A stretch of DNA of 64,000 nt, taken from Octopus vulgaris. Its lineage: Eukaryota. Below the pieces are notes generated by a model, which made no database searches, was not told where the DNA came from, and saw nothing but the letters and a program-made list of their open reading frames with translations. Shown here piece after piece: positions 13,138 through 24,769 of this stretch. The DNA lies in contig OX597825.1 of NCBI GenBank assembly GCA_951406725.2, forward strand, positions 66,278,001 to 66,342,000, read 5' to 3'. Positions within the stretch are counted from its first letter, which is position 1, and each line of letters opens with the position of its first letter. The position numbers and the translations under genes are program-made.

Positions 13138-13984
13138 GTCACATCATTGAAATCTCAGTGCTACAAGAGGATAAATGATTTGTTGAAAGCAACATGAATA
13201 AATAAACATTACATTTGACAGAGTGAAGGGTTAAATTTCAATAGTTAAATGGTTTGTTATTTGTCAAACATCAGAGTGGAGGGAATTAAAGAGAAAAAAA
13301 GAAAAACATCTATCATTGTAGAAATATATAAGTGTTGATTGACTCTTTTCTTGATTGTAATTAATTCCTTAAGTTCCTAAAATCTCAAAGTAAAGAATAG
13401 ATAAGATTTAATGTGTAGTTCCTAGGTAGAAGATAACTATTTCTTCTTTATCATTGTCATCATCACTGTCATCATCATCATTATCATCATCATCAGCTCC
13501 GCTTCCTCTGGCATTTGTTGAAATTTAACTGCTAATTTAAAAAAAATTTTTTTTTGTTAAAACTGGGGTTGTGGCAGACATTGGCAAATGAAGGGCTCTA
13601 AAGCAATATAGCGCAGGCAAAACAGCTTATGTAGCACATTGTTCTGACTACATGTATGTATGGGCTAGATGGACGGTTGGAAAGAGGGGTGAGCTGAAAG
13701 GCTGAGTGGAGCAATAAATCTAGCAGTATGTTTTGTGTTAATCTAGAAAACTAGTTTACACTCCATTTCTGATTCTTAACTGTCACTGTTTCTCTGCCAC
13801 AACTACAATTTCATTTAGCTTGATGGGTCTTCTCAAGCACGGCATATTGCCAAGCGTTTCTGTCATTTGTCATTGCCTCTGTGAGGCCCAATGCTTGAAA
13901 GGTGCTTATGCCATGTAAAAAACACTCAGTCCACTCTGTAAGGCAGCTCCTGTAAAACCATCTATCATGAAAAACAGACATTAA

Positions 13985-14205
13985 CCCTTTCGTGACTAAC
14001 CCGGCTGAAACTGGCCCTAGCTTTGTAGTATAAATGTCTTGTTTTCATAAGTTTTGAATTAAAATCTTTCACCAAACCTTAGTCACAATTTATGTTCCTA
14101 ACACTAGCTGAATGATAATTAAGTTATTTTACTAAATTCTTTGTTATATTTAAAATAATTGAAAGAATAACAGAGAATCTCAAAATAAATACAGTAATGA
14201 AAGGG
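13985..14205. mobile_element. piggyBac-type MITE family 1
   Basis: TTAA|CCCTTTCGT...ATGAAAGGG|TTAA, with TTAA duplication on both sides. Confidence 0.88.
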
Positions 14206-14235
14206 TTAAATGATGATGATGATGATATATATATA

Positions 14236-15530
14236 TCAGGTTGAGTAAAAAGTAAGCAACGTTTTGAACCATGAAGAATTTGTACTGGATTTTTGCAGTT
14301 TTGAATTTTTAGTAAATTTTTTTGTAATTGTATGATAATACAGATATAGACTTGCCCAAATGCATCAATAAATTTACATTGATATTTTTTTCACCATTGT
14401 TACAATCATCTGGAATGAAACTGTAAAAGCATGATATTTGAGCAATTTTGCTATTCAATTTCAAACTAGAATGTAAAGCAGCTGAAACTGCTCGCGATAT
14501 CAATTAAACGTTTGGTGAGGAAATGACCAGTGAGTGGTCAGCTTGAAACTGGTTTAAATGATTTCTCAGTGGAGACCTAAGCCTTGAAGATCATGAGCGT
14601 AGTGAATGCCCATCTGTCATCTATGATGGTCAATTAAAGACCATTGTTGAGAAAGATCCATGCAAAACCACTTGAGAACTGGCAAAACAACTTCAAGTTT
14701 AGCCAGAAATTTGCCTGCAACAGCCAGAAATTTGCCTGCAACCATTTGCATGCGATGAGAAAATCAAAAAAGCTCGACAAATTGGTACCACACGATTTGA
14801 ATGAAAATCAGAAAATGCGCAGATATGAAATTTGCTTGCCGCTTCTTCTCTGTAACCAGACTGTTCCATTTCTTGACCGTATTGTAACTTGTGATGAAAA
14901 GTGGATTCTATCCTATAATAAAAAAAACGTTCTTCGCAATGATTGGACCAAATTGAAGCACTGAAAACCTTCCCTAAACCAAAGTTCTTTAAAAATACGG
15001 TTATGGTGACTATTTGGTGGTGTACTGTGGGACTCATCCACTATAACTTCTTAAGACCTGGAAAAACCATTACTGCAGAAACGTATTGCCATGAAATTAC
15101 TGAAATGAACAAAAAACTGCTACTCCTCCGTCGAAGACTGGTGAACAGAAGAGGGTCACTCATTCTTCATGACAATGCTTGACTACATTAATGATGCTCC
15201 AGAAGTTAAGGGAACTTGGCTTCGAAGTTCTTCCTCACCCAGCTTATTCCTCAAACCTTTCTCCTACGGACTACCACTTTTTCAAATACCTTGACGATTT
15301 CCTGCGACAGAAAGAGTTCAAAAATGAAACTGATGCTGAAAGAGCATTCAAAGAGTTCATCAGCTCCAGAACTCCAGATTTTTATGTCAGCAAAATAAAC
15401 AAACTTGTAACTTGTTGGCAAAAACATGTTCATTGTAATGGTACTTTGATGAACAGAATTTCCGCATTGTTGAAATATATTGTGATTTATTTCATGTTTC
15501 AAAATGTTACTTACTTTTTATTCAACCTGA
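14236..15530 (+). mobile_element. Full-length mariner (Tc1/mariner, Hsmar1/cecropia-like) DNA transposon, inactive
   Basis: About 40-bp TIRs (TCAGGTTGAGTAAAAAGTAAGCAACG... / ...GTTACTTACTTTTTATTCAACCTGA), TA on both flanks, length 1295 bp. Confidence 0.95.
14415..15452 (+). pseudogene. Mariner transposase pseudogene (D,D34D)
   Basis: Motifs KAAETAR, WFK*F.SGD.SLED, KLDKLVPHDL, FLDRIVTCDEKW, VMVTIWW, LILHDNA, LPHPAYSSNLSPTDYHFF. Multiple stops and frameshifts. Confidence 0.95.
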
Positions 15531-16451
15531 TATATATATATATATATATGTATATGTATGTATGTATGATGAGCTTGGGCTTTGGTCATCTTGGGGCAGT
15601 AGTACAGGACACTTCCCCTGGGTGTCATACAGTGGGACTGCACCTGAAACGACATGGTTTGAGAAGCAAACTTCTTAATCACACAATCGTGCCTACACAT
15701 GTTAAATGAATAATTAATGATTTCACAGTAGAAAGTAAATAGGGGGAATGTATTTTAATGAAGATTTCTTTCTTTCTCCTCTTCCGCTGCATCAATTATG
15801 AATGTTCATCCACTCATTAGATAATATAGCACTCTAACCTGGGAAATTCATTATGAAGATTCTGTGTTGCTCAAGTTCATGAATTGACCTCCCCATTGTC
15901 CTAGGACAGTAGGTTTACAGATATTATACTTATGGCCATTATGGCAGAATGCCCTAGCTCACTGAGTGGCTGATTGTATTAATGTGGAATACAACTTAAC
16001 AGGCTTTTTCCTTTTTTTTTCTTGGTTGATTGATTGATTTATCCACTTATTTACACCATAGCAACTAATTCTAGTTGGCTACACATGACATACAGCCTGC
16101 TGTGAGCTGTAAACTCTGAAATCTCTTGCTAGACATGCACATTGTTTTTCTGTACTAAACTTCAAATAACAGCTCGTGTGTTTTTATAAAAGTCCTGTAA
16201 TCACGAGTTCATGATGGGGATGGAGGTAACTACCGTTACAGGTTTTGCCTTTTATACGAGCCAGCACGGGAGCTTCTGTGTGGTTGCTCAACTTACTAGA
16301 ATCATCATTATCAGTATCATCGTTTTAACCCTTTTGTTACCAACCAGGCTGAGAAATCAGATCTTGCTGGTTTGAATGTAAAACAAGTAAAATATTTGGG
16401 CTTTATATGGCTAGTTTATGGTAATGAAAGGGTCAAATGTTATAGGTTTAA

Positions 16452-16673
16452 CCCTTTCGTTACCAACCCGGCTGAAACTGGCTCTGGCTCTGAGTACAAA
16501 TGTCTTGTTTTCATAAGTTTTGAATTAAAATCTTCCACCAAACCTTAGTCACAATTTATGTTCCTAACACTAGCTGAATGATAACTAAGTTATTTTACTA
16601 AATTCTTTGTTATATTTTAAGTAATTTAAAAAGAAACACAGAGCATCTCAAAATAAATACAGTAACGAAAGGG
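16452..16673. mobile_element. piggyBac-type MITE family 1
   Basis: TTAA|CCCTTTCGTTAC...GTAACGAAAGGG; near-identical to the 13985 copy. Confidence 0.88.
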
Positions 16674-17145
16674 AGGTCTACTTCTCCATGCTTGCATGGA
16701 TTTGATGTAGTTTATACGAAGCAGATTTCCTACGGTTGAATGCCCTCAGAATATCGGAAATGAATGACACTGCTTATGTGATAATGACACTCATTTACAA
16801 CTGTCATGCAATGTCAAGACAAGGTGACACAAACATATGCCTACCCACACTCACACTCATACATATGTAAGTACGTACGTATATCCAGTGTCAAACTAAT
16901 ACACCTACTTGTTCTTCCCTCACCTGTTTTCTACATTTGAACTCTGTGTGTATACATACATACACACAAACACACACACACACAGTTGAAGAGCATAGGG
17001 TCGAAATGTAAAGACTTTCTCACCTTCCTGTGCATCAAACTAATACACCTGCTTGTTGTTTATACACCTGTTTTTGTCTTTTGTTTTTCTGTAAATTTCA
17101 GCTATATATATATATATATGCATACATACATACATATATATATAC

Positions 17146-17182
<37 letters not shown>

Positions 17183-17186
17183 TACA

Positions 17187-17220
<34 letters not shown>

Positions 17221-17258
17221 CACATGCACACACGTGTGTGTGTACATATAATAATAAT

Positions 17259-17304
17259 AACACCTGATGAAGGCTGGAGGGTATATCAGCCGAACCGTTG
17301 TTTT
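17259..17304 (+). ncRNA. Degenerate hammerhead-like motif
   Basis: AACAC-CTGATGA-A-GGCTG...CAGCC-GAAC-CGTT-GTTTT; GAAA mutated to GAAC. Confidence 0.5.
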
Positions 17305-17985
17305 AACAACAAACAAGATGAGGACAAATATCCGTCAAATGGCAATAATGTAAATAATGTAAATAATTCCACATCTCTTAAATATAGAACTGTATATGTC
17401 TCTTCCATTTTTAAGATGGTGTTGTATGATTTGAGGGAGATTTGTTTGCTATTTCTATAAGGTTGAGCATCCACATAGATTTTTATGTTTTTGAAGCTGT
17501 GTTTTCTTATACTACTGTTTGCTGTTTGATGAATTTGGAGATTATTACCTTGCTTGGAAACAGGAAGGGTTTGGCATTGGGAAGGTTATCTGACCTGAGA
17601 AAACTCTGTCTCAGTTTGCTCTCATCTGACCCATGCAAGCTTTGAAGAGATGTTAAAATAACAATGATATTTAAAACTGGAATGGCACTTGAGGTTAGAA
17701 GGGAAATGTATTATTTTATTTAGAACTACAGAATTGAGATTTTGAAATCTTATGTGTGTAGTCTTTAGCGCTCAGAATACTTTGGCAAATATAATGCTAA
17801 TTTATTCATATTGTTTTGAATTAGTCAAGCACTGTCTTGTAGCTTCAAGATTTCAGTGATAGGAGAGTTTATTTTCAGAATGATATTGTTGGGTAGGTGT
17901 GAGAAATCAGATCTTGCTGGTTTGAATGTAAAACAAGTAAAATATTTGGGCTTTATATGGCTAGTTTAAATGTTATAGGGTTTAA

Positions 17986-18206
17986 CCCTTTCATTACCAA
18001 CCCGGCTGAAACCGGCTCTGGCTCTGAGTACAGATGTCTTGTTTTCATAAGTTTTGAATTACAATCTTCCACCAAACCTTAGTCACAACTTATGTTCCTT
18101 ACACTAGCTTAATGATAACTAAGTTATTTTACTAAAATTCTTTGTTAAATTTAAATTAATCAAAAGAAACACAGAGCATCTCAAAATAAATACAGTAATG
18201 ACAGGA
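17986..18206. mobile_element. piggyBac-type MITE family 1
   Basis: TTAA|CCCTTTCATTAC...GTAATGACAGGA|TTAA; abuts a family-2 MITE. Confidence 0.85.
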
Positions 18207-18593
18207 TTAATAGACCAACATAACTTCAGCCCTTTTGAACTGAAATAAAGGATACAAAGTAAGGCTGAAAGCTAGCAGAATCATTACCTTTTGTTAAAAT
18301 GCTTAGTGGCATTTCATACATCTCTACAATCTGAGTTCAAATTCTGCTGAGGTCGACTTTGCCTTTCATCCTTTCGGGGTTAATAAAATAAGTACATGTT
18401 AAACCCCGGGATCAATCTAATTGAACTATCATTCCCCTGAGTTTGCTGGCCTTGTGCCAGAACTTGAAATCAATATACAAAATATGATTTTTAATTCCAT
18501 ACTGTAATTGTGTTTTGTTCATTTTATTCTTTGTCCATAAAGAAATATTTATGTCTTTTTTTTCTTTCTTTATTTCTCTTTTTCTATTTCCAG

Positions 18594-19282
18594 GTATCTT
18601 GATAATATTGAAGCCTTAATCAAGACCAGCAGGCATCTGCAACATTTTGCTTTAGGTTGTGTTGAAGAGCTTTTAGAACACTCCAATGTTTTTGTCAACT
18701 TACTGGCAGAACATCATGCATCTACACTGGAGTCTCTGCATCTTGCCAGTGTGAAAGAAGACTCTGAAAGTTATGGTATCATAGAATTGAATGCTATTGA
18801 CTTTTGCCGTTTTATGGGTCTCCGTAGTCTTAGCCTTGATTATGATTACTTAACCAATGACCTCCTGCTAACCTTTATTGATCCCAAGAAGTCTAAGCTT
18901 GAAAATTTGGTTATTAATGTCCACGGTATTGATGCTGACCATGAAGTGATTACCAATGAAACTTGGCGCCGGTTACGTAACCATTCTTCAAACCTAGAAG
19001 TGACCTTAAACCTGATTCACTCCTTTGAGGGTGTTGCTGGTCTCTTGAATATCTTGCAGCCTTCAATGCCCTTAGCCAAATTCCGGCAGATGTTCTGTTC
19101 CAATATCAACATTGCTTCAGTTAGTTATATATCTTCACATTACAATAACACGCTGAAAGAAATACATATAATAGATGGTTTTGCTAATGGAGACCCTATT
19201 GTTTATGAGATTGAAGCTGATGAAGATCCCTTTGTGATGTTGGCATGGCGTTGTCCAAAACTGATGCATTTCACATTAATAG
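18594..19282 (+). CDS. FBXO33: FBXO33-like F-box/LRR protein, internal coding exon
   Basis: Polypyrimidine tract plus CAG acceptor (18591-93) and GTATGG donor (19283). Open frame YLDNIEALIKTSRHLQHFALGC...LRSLSLDYDY...LQPSMPL...EDPFVMLAWRCPKL...LIG resembles vertebrate FBXO33 (LSLD, LKPSIPL, EDPLVLLAWRC), recalled from memory. Starts phase 2, ends phase 1. Confidence 0.9.
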
Positions 19283-19377
19283 GTATGGTAAACTTTAATA
19301 TGTTTTGAAAATAATCCTCTTTAATATTTGGAAAATATGAAAAATGTTAGATTTTATGAACATAAATGCTTTATAGA

Positions 19378-19640
19378 AAAATATACAGAAGTTCTGTTGT
19401 GTCTGGGGAGAGTCATTCTCTTTTAGTACCTTATTATTTAACACACTCACCGGTAAAATTTCCACTTATTTCGTCTTTTTATTTTCCTAAAATTTCCCTG
19501 AAATTTTACCAGTGAGTGTGTTAAATAATAAGGTACTAAAAGAGAATGACTCTCCCCAGACACAACAGAATATGCTTCAACACACAAACTCATATAAAGA
19601 ATCTTGCAAACCAAATCCAAAAGCAAAATATACAGAAGTT
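19378..19640. mobile_element. Insertion containing a 71-bp inverted repeat, flanked by a 16-bp direct repeat
   Basis: AAAATATACAGAAGTT at 19378-93 and 19625-40; arms 19392-19462 and 19500-19570 with one mismatch. Confidence 0.9.
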
Positions 19641-21974
19641 GATTTCGTGTTTGAATTTTAATTCTTCTTAAATCTTTTTGATAATTTTTTTTAATCTTTT
19701 CCTTATATTTATATTTATCATTCTCTTACCATTACTTTCTTTGTCTCATCAGGATGTCTTCTTAACACATTTAAAAAAAAATATTCTTCTCTCTAACTGC
19801 ATTTCTCCGAATCATTGTATCAGCTTGTATCTTCTTTAAAAGCTGATCTTCAAAAGCTCAAAACCAACCTCAACTACATCAACTTCACTAAATTCCTTAT
19901 CCCTCAGTCTTGGGAGACCTTCAGGAGTTCTGTTACTGGGATCAACTATGGTAGGGTTAAATCAATTTTTGAATGAATGTTGCCTGTAATATTGATTTCA
20001 ATAGACACATGTGTGATCATCAAAAGCAAGAAGACAGAGCTACCTGATTCATTCAGAGTCTAGCAATTGTTTCATATCTACAAAGCACCTTGAACTTAGA
20101 TGGGTGGACGTGGGGGGCAAGGGCAGGGGTACCTTGACACCATCTCTAATATTTATCCTTTTGCAGCTCCTACTGATCATACTCTCCCTTCCCTACTGAA
20201 TCTGAGTAACCATGTAGGTCTAGTACAAGAACCTGCTGTTTCTCCACCTCGCCCTGCCCCTCCTCTTCTCGTGTATTAATCCCTCATCCCTAGCATAAAG
20301 CTGAAAGCCCTCTTCCTCAGGGTTCGTAATCTTGTGAGCTGCATTGTGACCTTAGTAGTGTTGGTGTCACAAATAAAAAAGAAAAAGCATCCACTACACA
20401 CTGTAAAGTGGTTGCCATTAGGAAGGGCATCTAGCCATAGAAACCATGCGTAAGCAGACACTGAAGCATGCTGCAGTCCTTGATCCCATTGAATTATGTC
20501 AACTTGTCCAACCCATGCCAGCATGGAAAGTCAATGTTAAATGATGATGATGATGATGATGTTGAAAGCTGAATGGTCTCGATTGTATGTGAACTCTAAA
20601 GCATTCAAGAAATACTCAGAGGTTCCGCAAAGATCATAACCGAGGTTTCTTCCCCATAAGAAGAAGGTGGGGTGGGAAAAGAAAAAAAAAAAGCAAGCAA
20701 AAAACAAGACAAAACAAAACAGTCAAGTCTTTACCAAATTCACTATCTCTTTAATAAAAGCTGTAAGAATATAATAATTTTTGAAGGCTATGAATTAATT
20801 AATTTCCAGTTAATGATCTGAGAGCTAGATTGACCTTCAGGTGATTGATTTCAGGAAAGAAGTCATCCATGCAGTAGTATAAAATTATCAGATCAAACTG
20901 TTTTTTCTCTTAATCAACTTAATCACTCTAATAACGGTTGCAGAGTGGAAGGTCTGACTAATTATCTGAGTAATGGCTCTAGAACTGCATTGCTGCTGTT
21001 GCTGCTGTTGCTGTTGTCGTTGTGCTTTACAGCTAACATCTTGGATGTCTTGACAACCACCAGAAATTATGTGTGTGTGTTGCAGGGGAATAGTTGACAG
21101 GAAGTATAGATATTCTTTAACATGTATCGGTAGAACTAGTATCAGATGATTGGACAGTCATCAATCAAGTTGGTCACTTATGTAAAGAGAGAGAGACTAG
21201 TCAACTTGTGCAAAAGGGCCTTGTCAACAGTTAGATAGAGTGCAGTATGTTTTAGTATATTTTAAATATCCAACACACTAGCTAGTAGTTAGTCCAGCAC
21301 TTTTCCACCAATTACTACTTCAATATGAGAGAGAGGAGTGAACTGAGAAATTATTCATGTATTGCGGTTGAAGGGCATTGGGTGTAAAACACAGGAGTAC
21401 ATTGGTATAAGGTAATAATGGTACTTAATTTATCGACCCCGAAAGGATGAAAGGCAAAGTCGACCTTGGCAGAATTTGATTTTAGTATAAGGTAGTCATG
21501 GTTTCGAATTTTGCCACAAGGGCAGCCATTTTGGGTACGGGATGAGTCGATTACATTGACGCCAGAATTTCACTGGTACTTAATTTATCAACTCCGAAAG
21601 GATGAAAGGCAAAGTCAACCTCGGCATAATTTGAATTTGGTATAAGTTAATAATACCAATTGATGTGTTAGTTTATGAGAGAGACCCCTATCCACTTGTC
21701 TGACTTGCTGGAAATAGCAGATAATTTTTTCTTAAATCAGAACCTGCTGTCTTGGAAACAAAATGTAAAAGGGAAGAAAGGCATGTTTGATTATTTAGTC
21801 TTAGGTATACAGGAGGGATAGTTATAGATGGAATGCATTTGGTCAAATTTCTACTTGCTCAAGGCTTAGGTGAAACTAAACATTAGAAGTAGAATCATGA
21901 GCCAATCAGGGAGCCTCTCTGCAGTCTCTAAATTTGCTAGAAATAGCAACCAGGTCTCTCAGATCATCATATCT

Positions 21975-22382
21975 TACTTTTATCTTTTATCTGTTTCTTG
22001 TTTCAGTCTCTGGACTGTGGCCATTCTAGGGTGCTGCACTGAAGGGTTTAGTCTAAGAAATTGCTCCCAGTACTTGTTTTTTATCAAGTCTGGCACTTAT
22101 TTTATCAGTCTCTTTCACCAGACCACTAGATTATGGGGACATATACAAACCAACACTAGTTGTCAAGTGGTGGTGGTGGTTAGTGGGTGGATCAAACACA
22201 AAGACAAACACATACACGATGACCTTCTTTCAGTTTCTATATACCGAATCTGCCTACAAGGCTTTGGTCAGCCTGAAGCGATAGTAGAAGACACTTGCCC
22301 AAGGTTCCATGCAGTGGGACTGAAGCCAAGATTACATGGTTTGGAAGCAAACTTCTTACCACTCAGCCACACATACACCTAC
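21975..22382 (-). mobile_element. SINE family B, older copy
   Basis: Diverged match to family B; explains ORF 21870-22397. Confidence 0.8.
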
Positions 22383-22861
22383 TTCTCCTTGCCATAAAAA
22401 AAAAAAAAAATACAATACTTTTGATAATGACAAGTGATTGAGACCTTTAGTGATTTGCTGTGCTTGAGAAGACATGTCAAGCCATATGTAATGGTAGTCA
22501 TAACCAGAGCTGGTGACATATAAAGGGCGCCCATTACACTCTTGAAGTGGTTGGTGTTTGGAAGGGCATCCAGCCATAGAAACCAAGCCAAATCAGACTG
22601 GAACCTGGTACAGCTCTCAGCTTGCCAGTTCCAGTTAAATCATCTAACCCATGCCAGCATGGGAAACTGATGCTAAATGACGATGGTAATCCATGATACA
22701 TTTTGTTTGAAAGGATGAGATGGTCATGGCTTATCACAGGTCTGTTTAGTATGAGATGACTTGCATCTAAGCAGTAATGAATATTTGTGACCGTCACATA
22801 TGTATCTTACTGTAAAATTTGATGTCTCTTGACTAAAGTTTATATATGATCCTGCAGATTG

Positions 22862-23166
22862 TTTATTTACTTATGCGCCCTTTTCAAGCCTAGCCAGGCT
22901 CATGGGTTTGGTTTCCCGCTTTCTCTGGCATATGTGTTCCCCCCAGCTGGATGGGATGCCAGTCCATCGCAGCATCACCCAAGAAACAGGAAGAAAGAGT
23001 GAGAGAAAGTTAGGGCGATAGAGTACAACAGGGGTCGCCACCACCCCCTGTGGAGCTTTAGGTGTTTTCACTCGATAAACACACAGAACACCCAGTCTGG
23101 GAATCGAAACCGCGATCCTTCGACTGCGAGTCCGCAGCCCTAACCACTGGGCCATTGCGCCTCCAC
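22862..23166 (-). mobile_element. SINE family C (alternative 3' tail)
   Basis: Intact A box TGGCCCAGTGG and B box GTTTCGATTCC on the minus strand. Confidence 0.88.
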
Positions 23167-23919
23167 GATCCTACAGATATCATCTTCTAAAAGTTTATTT
23201 GGTCTGTTTGCATGAGCCAGTGAATTTCTGGTATTTACATTCTGGATAGTTTCAGACTTTTCTTCATATCTTAAAGAGTACACATTTCTAGAATTCTTTA
23301 ATGGAATGGTTCAGGGAATTTGAAAAATTTTTGAATTTTATTTTTAGTTTTACTGTAAGCGATGATGTTCATTTGTGGAAAATTGTTAACTGATGTAATC
23401 CAGTAAGCCATTTGAATCTTTGCAGAAAGATTTGGAAGTTATAGTAGTGGTATCTTCTTACAGTTAAGGATTTTGAATTGGCACAGGGGCTATAAGAACT
23501 GTACAGAATGTTTTATAATGTTGAACATTTCTTTGGCCTCTATTCAAATCTTATCATTTTTAATTTTCCGTCTCTCCGTTCTTGTTAAAACAGATATCAC
23601 TAAAATTTGGTCTGCACATATGTGTGGATGTGTGTTCTTTTGTCTGTGCATGCATGCATGTGCGTATGTATGAATATGTGTCTGTGTTTGTGTGTGTGTG
23701 TGTGTGTGTGTGAATATTGAGTTGGAAAACCCTTTTGGATAAGAAATATGCAGTCTTTAACTTTTTCTTCCCAAAAGGGTCTTTCACTTCAGTGTTTACA
23801 TTCTATTATGTATAGCTTTACATACTTCGAGATCCACTGTTCCCCAAAAAAAGAATTATTTCATGTTCTCTTGAAAGTTTATAAATTCTTTTGATGTCAA
23901 ATACATAAATATATGTGTG

Positions 23920-23964
<45 letters not shown>

Positions 23965-24769
23965 CATCATCATCATCGTCGTCGTTTAACGTCCGCTTTT
24001 CATGCTAGCATGGGTTGGATGGTTTGACTGTGGGCTGGCGAACCAGATGGCTGCACCAAGCTCCAGTCTTGATATATATATATATATATATATATACTCA
24101 CACACACACACACATATGCATGTGTGTGTACTGTAAGATGTTGTGGTAGGCCAGTGGGTACTAGTTGTACAGGTGGCAGTGTACTGTCGTACTGGGCTAC
24201 AAGCCATGATATAGGGCAAGCATCTGGAATGATGTTTTATGGCCTGGATATACACCAAGTCATGGTACTGTGAAGTCTGAAGATCCCTTCTGCTACTTTG
24301 AAAATCTCCTGCATTTTCGTATAAACTCATTTGTTTTGACTTGCCACAGGGATTATTATGTGAGAACCAGGGAGTCAGTCTGATGTGTGCAGCTCTTCTT
24401 TACTTAAAAATAAACCCCGTGTTAGTCTAGAATCTGTGTCTAACAAGTAAGACTGTGAACCTCACACACTAGAGACATACCTTCAACTAAGGGTCATGTG
24501 GTCTTGCTGTACTGGTTGGGGTATTCCACATGTCCGCAACTGAGCAATACTGCCATTTCTGCAGTTTGAAGTGCATAAAAATAATAATATAAGAGAGAGC
24601 AGTCGTGACTTCCTTTCCTCAGCCAGCTGCATCCATTTTTGAAGTGCTTTATAGTTACTTATGATCTTCATTGAATATTAATAATTGAAAGTGTTATGAG
24701 CAACAGATGGTTGATCTTTTGTGGTAACAGTGAGCTTAACACACATTTGCAACAATGCATACTACAATT

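Noticed and set aside
23090-23166. Possible tRNA gene (also near 6622, 57650, 58801)
   Set aside because: The tRNA-like heads continue into SINE bodies with no acceptor-stem closure or terminator.
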